Virus record (IMG/VR): IMGVR_UViG_3300009420_000006
Span: 1 to 64,000 of that record
DNA from: a virus
Taxonomy: Duplodnaviria > Caudoviricetes
Reading direction: 5' to 3' (one strand)
Length of the DNA stretch: 64,000 bases
Shown: in pieces, positions 1 to 8,523 of the stretch
How positions within the stretch are numbered: position 1 is the stretch's first letter
How the letters are laid out: the number at the start of each line of letters is the position of its first letter
Notes under the pieces: model-generated
Seen by the model: the letters and a program-made list of their open reading frames with translations, nothing else
What the model was told of the DNA's origin: nothing
The model's database searches: none
Translations under genes and position numbers: made by a program

Positions 1-37
1 CAAAGTTACCTGCTGTAAATCCTGTTCCTGTTATCAT
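1..37 (-). CDS. 5' fragment of a probable cytidylyltransferase-like (TagD/HxGH family) protein, truncated by window start
   Basis: Manual translation MITGTGFTAGNF resembles the GFTxGxFD start of this family. ATG overlaps the helicase stop (ATGA). Only 12 codons are visible. Confidence 0.5.
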   Translation of the reverse strand, partial: MITGTGFTAGNF

Positions 38-1098
38 TGTAAAAAGTATGATTTGTTAGTAATAGCTGCATAGTCTGCATCAGTAATAGAAATACGTTTA
101 GGTAATTCTTTGAACATACCAATTTGACCTAGAAAACCTAGACCAATTCTAATATCATCCTCACCATAACTGTTTTTGATAACACGAAGACTTCTAAAGT
201 ATTTACCTCCATGGTCATCCTTAAGCTTGTTAAGATCATAACCTGATGGATCTGCAACCTTGTATCTCATAGGATCAAACAATGCCATACATACATCAGA
301 GTCATTCTGAGTAGTAGAACTGTCTGCAAAATCTTCTAGTTGTGGTTCAACATCACCATTCTTTATCCTAGTAGGATTAGATATAGATCGATTGAACTGA
401 CTAACAACTACTGGTGAGTAACCATAGAAATCACGTGCATAACGTAACTCATCAGACATCTTATCAATTGCTTGCTTCTTAGTAGGCTGTGCACTTGTTG
501 TCTTTAGCAAACCTATATGATCTAACACAACTAGTGTTATCTCTGTAGGATCATTAGGTATGTATCTCTTGTTATACTTATCTATCTGCTCTATCTTTCC
601 ACGTTCTAATGCATAAGCCTTTAGTTCTTTAGCTATACCTACAGGATTCTCTGGCCCATCGATAATAGTTACTATCTCAGTTAGCTCATTCATATAATCC
701 TCATACTTAAGAAACAGGTCATGCTCCTCCTTAGTCATCTTGCTTGTCCAGCCTAATAACTTGTTAACAGGAATGATAACACCTTCTTCTTGAAAGATCT
801 TCCTGCAGGTCCACTTAGCTAGCTTATAAGTCTGACTACGCTCCATAGATCTGTACCACACCTTCACCTTTATACCAGACTTCTGTCCTTCTTTAGATAA
901 GGCCCAGTCTACTGGATTAAGAACAAACGCATCATCAATGAAACTAGTCTTACCTGAACCGGTTAGTCCACCTATTAAGTAGTACATAGACCGTCTAATA
1001 CCTACATACCTGTTTAGTCTGTCAAAACCCATTGGTATGCCACCATTATTGCCAGCTAGACCCTTGTCTACCTCCTCTTTTAATAGTTTAAAGCTCAT
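34..1098 (-). CDS. DnaB-like (SF4) replicative helicase
   Basis: Walker A IGGLTGSGKTS, Walker B VVLDHIGLL, SQFNRS motif, KNSYG motif near the C-terminus. Confidence 0.88.
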   Translation of the reverse strand: MSFKLLKEEVDKGLAGNNGGIPMGFDRLNRYVGIRRSMYYLIGGLTGSGKTSFIDDAFVLNPVDWALSKEGQKSGIKVKVWYRSMERSQTYKLAKWTCRKIFQEEGVIIPVNKLLGWTSKMTKEEHDLFLKYEDYMNELTEIVTIIDGPENPVGIAKELKAYALERGKIEQIDKYNKRYIPNDPTEITLVVLDHIGLLKTTSAQPTKKQAIDKMSDELRYARDFYGYSPVVVSQFNRSISNPTRIKNGDVEPQLEDFADSSTTQNDSDVCMALFDPMRYKVADPSGYDLNKLKDDHGGKYFRSLRVIKNSYGEDDIRIGLGFLGQIGMFKELPKRISITDADYAAITNKSYFLQ

Positions 1099-1303
1099 TC
1101 TCTTTGTTTTTTTTATCTTCTGTTAACTCTTTTATTTTCTGATCTCTTGCTCTCTTAAATGCACCTTTATCCCATATGTGATCTGGTATATATTGACCTT
1201 CTTTATTTGTCCTCTGCCAGTGGTATGTAGCTTGGAATTCAGTTGCAGGTATAAATTTAACCTTTTCTCCTTTTACTAGTATTGTCTTGTTTTTCTTTTT
1301 CAT
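1088..1303 (-). CDS. small basic hypothetical protein
   Basis: 71-aa ORF tightly packed in the minus-strand operon. Confidence 0.65.
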   Translation of the reverse strand: MKKKNKTILVKGEKVKFIPATEFQATYHWQRTNKEGQYIPDHIWDKGAFKRARDQKIKELTEDKKNKENEL

Positions 1304-1304
1304 A

Positions 1305-1928
1305 TTAAATATCTGTTGAGCCAGTTGGTTCTGCAGGTTGCTCTCCTTCTTGTTCTATCAGTTCTACATATGCTTCATATGTTCTTTGATTGAGATAAGT
1401 GAGACTGTTCTGCTGATATGTTATCCTGTTGCTTCCAGTAGTATAAGACATAGTTACTTTTTGCATTATCTCAAAATCCAATGCTTTTATCAATTGATCA
1501 GATGTGTAATCACCTTCCATTAATATTGTATTGAATTTAATTTTACATGCTTGCTTATCTTTACGAAGAGCTCTAGTACCTTTAAAGGACTTACCTTTAT
1601 AAGTGAAAGTATCAGTACCAGGATACAGCTTCCACCATTCTTCGAACGCTGTGGCTTTTGGTTTTCTCTTTACAAATTTATTATTAGTTTTATCTTCTCC
1701 TACAAACGCTAGGAGATCCTTACCTACTGTTGTAAGTTGGTGTTCATCTTTTGCTATTAGACCTTTTCTTATTAATGACTGATAGATAGCAGAGAGACGC
1801 ATACTATTCTCATAGAGAGGTGTAACGTCATACTCTGAGTCTATCAATTTTAGTAAATATATTATATCTAAGCTATAGCTTTTTTTGATGAGCTCTTCGA
1901 ATTGTTGAGGAGTTATGTGTAGCTTCAT
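1305..1928 (-). CDS. putative replication initiation / helicase-loader-associated protein
   Basis: wHTH-like N-terminus, FEEWWKLYP...K...KF and TYLNQRTYE motifs typical of phage replisome-organiser C-termini, upstream of the helicase. Confidence 0.55.
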   Translation of the reverse strand: MKLHITPQQFEELIKKSYSLDIIYLLKLIDSEYDVTPLYENSMRLSAIYQSLIRKGLIAKDEHQLTTVGKDLLAFVGEDKTNNKFVKRKPKATAFEEWWKLYPGTDTFTYKGKSFKGTRALRKDKQACKIKFNTILMEGDYTSDQLIKALDFEIMQKVTMSYTTGSNRITYQQNSLTYLNQRTYEAYVELIEQEGEQPAEPTGSTDI

Positions 1929-2091
1929 CTCTTTTTGGTTTTATAACTTTAATAATTATAGGCTTCTTTTTCTTAGCCTGTTCTTCTTCCCACTGCTGGT
2001 ACTCTAGTTCTGCTATGTACTGGCGTTCTGCAGCATACATGTTATCGTTGCATGCTGCATGTTCCCAGTCTTCGTTAATTAACTTAGACAC
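1873..2091 (-). CDS. hypothetical protein
   Basis: 72-aa ORF overlapping its neighbours on the operon strand. Confidence 0.55.
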   Translation of the reverse strand: MSKLINEDWEHAACNDNMYAAERQYIAELEYQQWEEEQAKKKKPIIIKVIKPKRDEATHNSSTIRRAHQKKL

Positions 2092-2278
2092 CTGTATTAA
2101 GCTTTGGCTTATTCTTAGATCCTTTTGGTCTACCTCTACCTCTTTTCTTCTTCTTTACTGGTACTACTACATCATTCTCATCCGGTGCATAAGTTGCATC
2201 TGGTCCAAAGAAAGCATATACTATACCTCCTGCTAATGCTAAAATCATTACTACGCTGATTACTGTTTTAATTTCCAT
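2084..2278 (-). CDS. small membrane protein with C-terminal AT-hook
   Basis: Hydrophobic VISVVMILALAGGIVYAFF followed by KKKKRGRGRPKGSKNKPK. Confidence 0.7.
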   Translation of the reverse strand: MEIKTVISVVMILALAGGIVYAFFGPDATYAPDENDVVVPVKKKKRGRGRPKGSKNKPKLNTGV

Positions 2279-2302
2279 TTTTATTTAATTTAATTGTTAA
2301 TA

Positions 2303-2566
2303 TTAATTTTTGATTCTTACTCCAAACTGTTCATGAAACCATGATAAACAATCTTTTGCTTTATTACTGTTAAACTTAAACACCTTTTTCAAGGTTTTAA
2401 TTGCATATTTATTAAACTCTATACGCTGATCACTGGTCATGGTCCAGTTAAAATACCACTTGTCATCATCTAATGTATCTACTAATCGTTTACCGATCAT
2501 GTCTAACTGTTTTTCCATTAAATGTCTCATGATATTACCTCTGTTAATCTCTGCCTTCTTTTTCAT
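2303..2566 (-). CDS. hypothetical protein
   Basis: 87-aa ORF, ATGA overlap with the polymerase stop. Confidence 0.7.
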   Translation of the reverse strand: MKKKAEINRGNIMRHLMEKQLDMIGKRLVDTLDDDKWYFNWTMTSDQRIEFNKYAIKTLKKVFKFNSNKAKDCLSWFHEQFGVRIKN

Positions 2567-4527
2567 ACAAATAAATTTAATTGATTAGGTGATACAACTG
2601 TCTTAACTCTTTTACCACCTGCCATTATTTTCTTTATTAACTTCTCTGCCTTAAATATGTAATACTCATAATTTACATTGTCCAGTACCTCTGGTTTATT
2701 AAGATAGTTACATACTGTGCAAATCCACTCACCTGCTTCAGCTTGTGAACGTTTAGCAGCTCTACTAGTTGATGCATCATTCCTCACCTTAAATATCTTC
2801 TCACCTGACTTAGATACATAGTATCGTATCAGTTTATTATATTTAGTAGTTTTGTTTGTTGTTCTATGGACTCCTTCAAAGTGAAAGTCTTTAGAAGACT
2901 TCTTTCTTATACAGAAATCAAATAGATTAGTATGCTGCTTTATAGTATCCCTAACTGGAATATTATTTACATAGTATTGCTCAAGAGCAATGGGTACAAT
3001 CCTAGCAGACTTGTTCTTATGTAGTTCAAAGTCTGTAAGAAAATCTCCTTTCTTCTTGACATAACCATCAGGCATGATAGCTAAATAATCATTAACTGTT
3101 GAAAAGATTATCTTTGTGTAGTCTGTTCTTTCCAAAATATACTGTGTTAGCTCAGACCACTCTGCATTTAATTCATGCATCTTAGGTATTAGTTCTTTCT
3201 TAATTCTTATAGTAACACCGTCTGTGTTAGCAGAGATCACGTGAATGCCATTCATCTCATATAGTTCAATAAGCATCATTAAGCTAAGCTCACCAGTTAT
3301 AGTAGTGAACATAGTTAACTGCCTATCATAGATCCATGAAAGCATGTCTGATGATTTACCATAGACAGAGTTTACTGCAAGTTTAAGAGCCCCAACAATA
3401 CCTTTGGTTTTTCCATCCTTCTTTCCACTAGCTTTCAGTTCAAGTCTTTTCTCAAACATCTGCTTGTAACCAAATAGAAACTCTTTTCCTAAATGTGCAG
3501 GATACTTTGCATTGTTAATTATAATTGCAGGATAGTAACTAGCCACATCCCAGTCAATGATCTCATGGTCATCATCAGCTTCAAACACACTTGGTTTATT
3601 TTCGGTATGTAGTCCACCTCTCATAAAGGAATATACATTACCGTGATAATTAATGTGCTCTTTGAAGTCATCTTGAAGACCTAAGTTCATCTTTCTTATA
3701 TTAATAAGGAACTTTTGCAGCTGTTCAGTTTTAAACTTAACATATGGTGCAATACAGTTCTTCATAGCAATAGTCTTTCTGAAGTAACCTTTTCTTGGAA
3801 GCTCTTTAATGTCCATATTCTTCTCATGACAGTAGTACTTCTTGATTATCTCATCACCTATCTTACTATCAGAGTAGTTAAGACATTGGATACCAAACTC
3901 TTCTTGTATATCTAGTCTCAATTGTATCTGATCGTTACCCTTATACAGTGGGTGATCTGTTTCCCCTATAGTTACTTTATAAAACTCATAGGTTGCATCA
4001 ACATCATTAAAACAATACTGTAATGACATGTATACCTCTTCATTAGTCATGTTTGTCTTAGTGTGATGTATAGGCATCTCTTCAATGTTCTCAAGATCCA
4101 TCTCAAACTCTAACCTCTTCAGACTTACACGTCTGTTCTTGTTATCATAGTGATGTATCTTAAATAAATCAAGCTGCTTTAACGATAGCTCCCACTCTCT
4201 ATACTCTGGAAACACATCATAGTTAGCATCATGTATAACATCTTGTGCCTTTTGTGCTATCATTGCACATATCTCTAGACCAGTACCTTCATGCCACTGC
4301 TCATAGTTTCTTAGTACCCATTCTACTACTTGTGCATCAAATCGTAGGTTGTTATAACCTACCCAGTGTGCATCTTTATGTATGTCTGTGTACTTTACAA
4401 ACGCATCTAGTTGATTCTGCCACTTACTAACTGTAAAGCTCTTAGGTGTCTTCCCTGGTTCCATACATACAACTATGAAGCACTCCTGCATAGTTTCTAT
4501 GTCATATATAATTATGTTCTCAATCAT
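2563..4527 (-). CDS. polB: family B DNA polymerase with 3'-5' exonuclease (crAss-like PolB)
   Basis: ExoI YDIET, ExoII GYNNLRFD, ExoIII YCFNDV, motif A DWDVASYYP, motif B KLAVNSVYG, motif C SANTDG. Confidence 0.95.
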   Translation of the reverse strand: MIENIIIYDIETMQECFIVVCMEPGKTPKSFTVSKWQNQLDAFVKYTDIHKDAHWVGYNNLRFDAQVVEWVLRNYEQWHEGTGLEICAMIAQKAQDVIHDANYDVFPEYREWELSLKQLDLFKIHHYDNKNRRVSLKRLEFEMDLENIEEMPIHHTKTNMTNEEVYMSLQYCFNDVDATYEFYKVTIGETDHPLYKGNDQIQLRLDIQEEFGIQCLNYSDSKIGDEIIKKYYCHEKNMDIKELPRKGYFRKTIAMKNCIAPYVKFKTEQLQKFLINIRKMNLGLQDDFKEHINYHGNVYSFMRGGLHTENKPSVFEADDDHEIIDWDVASYYPAIIINNAKYPAHLGKEFLFGYKQMFEKRLELKASGKKDGKTKGIVGALKLAVNSVYGKSSDMLSWIYDRQLTMFTTITGELSLMMLIELYEMNGIHVISANTDGVTIRIKKELIPKMHELNAEWSELTQYILERTDYTKIIFSTVNDYLAIMPDGYVKKKGDFLTDFELHKNKSARIVPIALEQYYVNNIPVRDTIKQHTNLFDFCIRKKSSKDFHFEGVHRTTNKTTKYNKLIRYYVSKSGEKIFKVRNDASTSRAAKRSQAEAGEWICTVCNYLNKPEVLDNVNYEYYIFKAEKLIKKIMAGGKRVKTVVSPNQLNLFV

Positions 4528-4625
4528 TTTATTAGTATTTGTATTAAATCGATTGTTGTGTATATGATAGAAAATAGTATATAGATTAGAAATATTCCCA
4601 CTTTGTATCTAAATTTAATTTTCAT
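4524..4625 (-). CDS. 33-aa hydrophobic peptide (not in ORF track)
   Basis: MKIKFRYKVGIFLIYILFSIIYTTIDLIQILIK; stop overlaps the polB ATG (ATGA). Confidence 0.5.
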   Translation of the reverse strand: MKIKFRYKVGIFLIYILFSIIYTTIDLIQILIK

Positions 4626-4764
4626 TTGTTGTTCTTTTTATATACTCATCTTTATCTTCTGATGCATACCACTCATCCATATGTTCTTCAAAATGCATTC
4701 TGTAGTCAAATCCTCCAGTAAATGTTTTATTACATCTACTACACTTAATGCTTGGTCTACTCAT
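4615..4764 (-). CDS. 49-aa C2H2 zinc-finger protein (not in ORF track)
   Basis: MSRPSIKCSRCNKTFTGGFDYRMHFEEHMDEW...; spacing C-x2-C-x3-F-x5-Y-x2-H-x3-H; fills an operon gap. Confidence 0.7.
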   Translation of the reverse strand: MSRPSIKCSRCNKTFTGGFDYRMHFEEHMDEWYASEDKDEYIKRTTNEN

Positions 4765-4954
4765 TTGGTTGGTTTTTATAGTCTTTATAGTCTAAATAGA
4801 ATCCAATGCCTACAATTATATGCAAACCTATACTACTTGCTATTTCGTATAGGTCATGAAAGTTATTGATAGATAAATGGATGTGTCCAACTATCCAGAA
4901 TGGTATAGCCAGCTGTTGACTTATCCATCTAATTAGAAAGGTTATAAACTTCAT
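4757..4954 (-). CDS. small membrane protein
   Basis: Two hydrophobic segments; lies just downstream of the promoter at 4976-5006. Confidence 0.65.
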   Translation of the reverse strand: MKFITFLIRWISQQLAIPFWIVGHIHLSINNFHDLYEIASSIGLHIIVGIGFYLDYKDYKNQPNE

Positions 4955-4975
4955 AAAGTTTGTGTGATTATATTA

Positions 4976-5006
4976 CAAAAATAACAAATTTAATTAGATT
5001 ACCAAA
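4976..5006 (-). promoter_or_regulatory. Bacteroidota housekeeping-type promoter reading toward polB and the helicase
   Basis: Minus strand TTTG (5006-5003), 19-nt gap, TATTTTTG (4983-4976). Confidence 0.7.
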
Positions 5007-5568
5007 CAGAAAAGCCACCACAATGCCTCAAGAAGACAATAAATTGATCTATCAACCACTTAGGTGAGCTATGTGATGGATAATATACACCATCATCACG
5101 TACTATACCTGTCATGGTTACTTTTCCATAAGGTAATACTTCATTAAGTTCCTCTATTATATCTTCTGATACTATTCCACCATTCATAGTGCTCCATGAA
5201 CCCATGTTACAATAGATTACATCTTCTTCCTCTTCAAAAGATCCATCTTTATCAATAAGATCTTGTAAAGCATCAGCTAGAGCAGTGCATTCTTCCCATG
5301 TGTCTGGGCCCATTCCATCATTACCCATCCATGACTCTGTCTTTATATCTAATTTATGGTTATGTGCTGCTACATCACATAGCATTACAATTGGTCTCCA
5401 TCCCCACCAGTTACTTCTAAAGTAATAGCCAGGGTTTTTATCTTCCCAGTCTTCTAACACTTCCCAGTAAGCTTTCTTATCTGCTTCCGTGAGTGCATCA
5501 TTGTCCCAATCCATTTCAGGTTTCTTACTTGTTAGCTTAGGCTCTTTACCGTATATATCTACTCCCAT
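4999..5568 (-). CDS. acidic hypothetical phage protein
   Basis: 189-aa ORF with YFRSNWWGWRP and FLRHCGGF motifs. Confidence 0.75.
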   Translation of the reverse strand: MGVDIYGKEPKLTSKKPEMDWDNDALTEADKKAYWEVLEDWEDKNPGYYFRSNWWGWRPIVMLCDVAAHNHKLDIKTESWMGNDGMGPDTWEECTALADALQDLIDKDGSFEEEEDVIYCNMGSWSTMNGGIVSEDIIEELNEVLPYGKVTMTGIVRDDGVYYPSHSSPKWLIDQFIVFLRHCGGFSVW

Positions 5569-5570
5569 AA

Positions 5571-5696
5571 TTATTTGATTTTTTTATATGCTGCTAGCAT
5601 TTGTTTATCGTCTTTAACGTATTTATTATTTATCTTAAGCATCCATCTTTGAAAGCCTTGTCTTCTTAGTATTTTATTTTTGCCTTTTATTATCAT
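5571..5696 (-). CDS. 41-aa basic protein (likely true extent of track ORF 5571-5807)
   Basis: ATG at 5696 sits immediately after the stop of the 5698-5832 ORF. Confidence 0.5.
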   Translation of the reverse strand: MIIKGKNKILRRQGFQRWMLKINNKYVKDDKQMLAAYKKIK

Positions 5697-5697
5697 A

Positions 5698-5832
5698 TCA
5701 AATAGTATTTTCCCAATAAGGGTCTGGTTCTTCTTGTTCTTCGTTAAACTCTGCATGTTCTTTACAATCAGAGCATATATCTGTTTCACACCATCTTGAT
5801 GCTCCACAACAGTTGCTTAGTTCTTCTTCCAT
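5698..5832 (-). CDS. 44-aa Cys-rich (Zn-ribbon-like) protein (not in ORF track)
   Basis: MEEELSNCCGASRWCETDICSDCKEHAEF...; abuts both neighbours. Confidence 0.65.
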   Translation of the reverse strand: MEEELSNCCGASRWCETDICSDCKEHAEFNEEQEEPDPYWENTI

Positions 5833-5834
5833 AT

Positions 5835-6065
5835 TTATTTATTTATTGCTCTTTCCCAATCATAGTTAGGATCTTTCATTGCATCAAGTGCTTCGTTTAG
5901 CTCTTGTTCTGCCGTTTTTTTCTTAATCCTAACTATATCTGGTCTCTTCACCTCTATTTCTAATGCATTTGCATTACAATAAAAGCATTTCTGTTCCATA
6001 TCATTACTCATGTAACTTGCGTCACAACTTCTGCAATGATAATCATAAAATGTTTCTTTACGCAT
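5835..6065 (-). CDS. Zn-ribbon protein
   Basis: YDYHCRSC...CFYC (CxxC...CxxC). Confidence 0.7.
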   Translation of the reverse strand: MRKETFYDYHCRSCDASYMSNDMEQKCFYCNANALEIEVKRPDIVRIKKKTAEQELNEALDAMKDPNYDWERAINK

Positions 6066-6075
6066 TGTTTAAGTT

Positions 6076-6528
6076 TTATGGAACTTCATCATCTTCTTCT
6101 TCTTCAGGGCTGAGCCCACGTAAGATAACTAGTTCCTGTTCATATATTGGTTCGATTTTACCTTTCTCGTACTCATCTTCATCAACAAATATTTCTAGTA
6201 ACCCATCAAAATCTCTCATAACAATATTCATCTCTTTAGTAGTAAATTCTTGTAGTTGAGGTTCATTTGGGTGATCAAACCAGCCTATTTCATCTGGTGG
6301 TATTATCACTACACCTTCTTCATTTAATAAGAAAGGTCTAACAGGATAACCATATTCATCTATGTTGACTAATCTTTTATTTGCTAAATCAGCTGTGTTT
6401 TTGTCTAGTGCAAACACTTCAACTAATTCTTTATCTGTACCAACGTACAGCAGGTTCATGTACAATGTTCCTGGTTCTATTTCATCCGGTCCGTACGAAT
6501 GGAACACTAATTCTAAAGCTATCCACAT
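6076..6528 (-). CDS. acidic hypothetical protein
   Basis: 150-aa ORF on the operon strand. Confidence 0.75.
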   Translation of the reverse strand: MWIALELVFHSYGPDEIEPGTLYMNLLYVGTDKELVEVFALDKNTADLANKRLVNIDEYGYPVRPFLLNEEGVVIIPPDEIGWFDHPNEPQLQEFTTKEMNIVMRDFDGLLEIFVDEDEYEKGKIEPIYEQELVILRGLSPEEEEDDEVP

Positions 6529-6529
6529 A

Positions 6530-6688
6530 TTATTTGTATCTTAATGTTACACCATTTAAGGTAAAGTTAGTATTACATACATTACACTGACCTTCATGTC
6601 GTGCATACATCATCACAACTGATCCTTTAAAACACTCAGGACACATAATGTGTGGTTGCTTGTTGCTTGCCATTTCTAAATCATTCAT
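6530..6688 (-). CDS. 52-aa Zn-ribbon protein (not in ORF track)
   Basis: MNDLEMASNKQPHIMCPECFKG...GQCNVCNTNF; fills the gap between neighbours. Confidence 0.65.
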   Translation of the reverse strand: MNDLEMASNKQPHIMCPECFKGSVVMMYARHEGQCNVCNTNFTLNGVTLRYK

Positions 6689-6693
6689 CTTTA

Positions 6694-6945
6694 TTACTTT
6701 ATTATGTAACCTTTAGGGTCACTAGTTATATTTATTTCTACCCATCCTTTCTCAGAATAATCTGCTTCTGCACGATGGCCTTCGTTCTCTAATATCTTCT
6801 CTAGCTTTAAAGCTGCTTCCCATAATCCTGGTTCAGGTGTTTCATCATGTTCATCGTCATAACAAACATCTCCCCTACACTCATAAAAGTGTCCAGCACT
6901 ATCGTATCTAAAGTAATATCCGTCTATTCTTTGTGTTTTTTCCAT
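6694..6945 (-). CDS. hypothetical protein
   Basis: 83-aa ORF in a packed operon. Confidence 0.7.
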   Translation of the reverse strand: MEKTQRIDGYYFRYDSAGHFYECRGDVCYDDEHDETPEPGLWEAALKLEKILENEGHRAEADYSEKGWVEINITSDPKGYIIK

Positions 6946-6946
6946 T

Positions 6947-7267
6947 TTATTTGCTTTTATAAGGTGTTGTTTTTAAATATGCTGCTTCAAATTCGTCACT
7001 CTTTTCAGACCAATAAGCGTTAAAGGTATTTTCACCGTATAGTTGTTCGTACAAGGTTTTGAATCCGTTATATTGAACTTTTTTGTTGTTTATAGAGAAA
7101 CTTAACTGTATTTCACCAATATCATGGCCATACTTGTTAGTTGATCCAGGAACTTCTGTCACCATACTGTATATGTTTGCTTCTATTTGAAACATACCCT
7201 CATCTTTAATGAAGCTAGTGTGAACGCTAAGATCCGTAATTTCCTGTACTTTTTTAATCTTGCTCAT
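6947..7267 (-). CDS. hypothetical protein
   Basis: 106-aa ORF in a packed operon. Confidence 0.7.
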   Translation of the reverse strand: MSKIKKVQEITDLSVHTSFIKDEGMFQIEANIYSMVTEVPGSTNKYGHDIGEIQLSFSINNKKVQYNGFKTLYEQLYGENTFNAYWSEKSDEFEAAYLKTTPYKSK

Positions 7268-7288
7268 TTTACTTGATTTAATTTGTTA

Positions 7289-7522
7289 TTATCTACCTTC
7301 GATAGAATCTATCGCTAAATGTTCCATTTCTTCTATAAGATCATACTCTAGTAGTTCCATGATATCTACACGGTCTACATTTATCTTCCATATATCAAAC
7401 TCTGCTGGTGATCCAGGATACTCATGTGTCATGTCTTCACCTGGTTCATAACGTCCTTCTAATTCTAGATAAAGGTTTCTAAACTTTATAGTTATTGCTG
7501 TTCCTTTTATTTTTGCATTCAT
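7289..7522 (-). CDS. acidic hypothetical protein
   Basis: 77-aa ORF, ATGA overlap with the upstream gene. Confidence 0.7.
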   Translation of the reverse strand: MNAKIKGTAITIKFRNLYLELEGRYEPGEDMTHEYPGSPAEFDIWKINVDRVDIMELLEYDLIEEMEHLAIDSIEGR

Positions 7523-7878
7523 AATGTTATAGGTTCTATACTTATTGTTATGTTATTCCACTTTCCTCCCTTTAGTTCTTTGTTAACAAGAAAGTCTATT
7601 CTTTTGGTCCATCTCTTATTCATTCTATCTTGAACTGTCCAAAGGCCATCCATATCTCCTGCACCCTCAATACAAACTAATGTACCAAATGTATAACCTA
7701 AAGGTTCAAGATCTCTCGACACTGCTATCCATCTATGTCCTGCAGGATTGAGACTATCAATAACCTTGTTGGATGCTGTAATGAATGGTGTGCTGTCTGT
7801 CTGTCCTGGAACAGCATGGTAAATCGTAGCTGTAACTGACACTTTCAATGTAAATAGTATTAGTATAAATGTTTTCAT
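7519..7878 (-). CDS. 3D-domain (MltA-like double-psi barrel) putative cell-wall lytic protein
   Basis: VTATIYH...QTDSTPFITAS, IAVSRDL, VQDRMNKRWTKRIDFL; hydrophobic N-terminus. Confidence 0.8.
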   Translation of the reverse strand: MKTFILILFTLKVSVTATIYHAVPGQTDSTPFITASNKVIDSLNPAGHRWIAVSRDLEPLGYTFGTLVCIEGAGDMDGLWTVQDRMNKRWTKRIDFLVNKELKGGKWNNITISIEPITL

Positions 7879-7969
7879 TTTTTTAGATTTATATAGATAG
7901 ACTGGTCTGCTCTCCTGCAGCGTTGAGGTTTACTAGTATACCATGATTGTTTCGCCAGCCTTCTATGTT

Positions 7970-8119
7970 TTAATATCCTATGTCTTCTAGTTTATCACCA
8001 TCTGCTTCCACAGTGTATTCAGAGTTCTGTATTGAGCATAAGAACATAAGTCCTGCTGCTAGTGCAACCTTTCTGAATCCATAGAATGCAGTAGGTAATA
8101 GTTTAATTTTACGTTTCAT
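7970..8119 (-). CDS. 49-aa protein with hydrophobic segment (not in ORF track)
   Basis: MKRKIKLLPTAFYGFRKVALAAGLMFLCSIQ...; ATGA overlap with the 8116-8523 gene. Confidence 0.5.
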   Translation of the reverse strand: MKRKIKLLPTAFYGFRKVALAAGLMFLCSIQNSEYTVEADGDKLEDIGY

Positions 8120-8523
8120 AATGTGGTAGTACTATGCTCTTCAGCTTGTAATTCATAACTCATCGTTGGATAGCAGTGTTGTTCCCACCATTCTGATCCA
8201 TCATATTCTCCTCTAGTAAACCAAACTCCATCAGTGCAGTATACAGTACCAAAGAGTTCTTGTCCACCAAAACCATCATCATACTCAAAGTTTATGTCAT
8301 TAAGGAATGTATTCCACTCTGATGCAGTGTGTCCTTCTTTTAGAAGAAACTTGTTAGTGATATAACCATCAGATTCCCAAAGATCACCATTATTCCATTG
8401 TTGAAAAGATAGTTTTGCCGCTACTATAGTAAAGTGTTCATTACCTTTATCTAAAGTTCTTTTATATATGTTACTACTTGTCAAGCCTAGTATGCCTAGT
8501 AGTTCTTCTTTTGCGTTGCTCAT
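8116..8523 (-). CDS. hypothetical phage protein
   Basis: YDDGFGGQELFGTV...RGEYDGSEWWE motif. Confidence 0.75.
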   Translation of the reverse strand: MSNAKEELLGILGLTSSNIYKRTLDKGNEHFTIVAAKLSFQQWNNGDLWESDGYITNKFLLKEGHTASEWNTFLNDINFEYDDGFGGQELFGTVYCTDGVWFTRGEYDGSEWWEQHCYPTMSYELQAEEHSTTTL

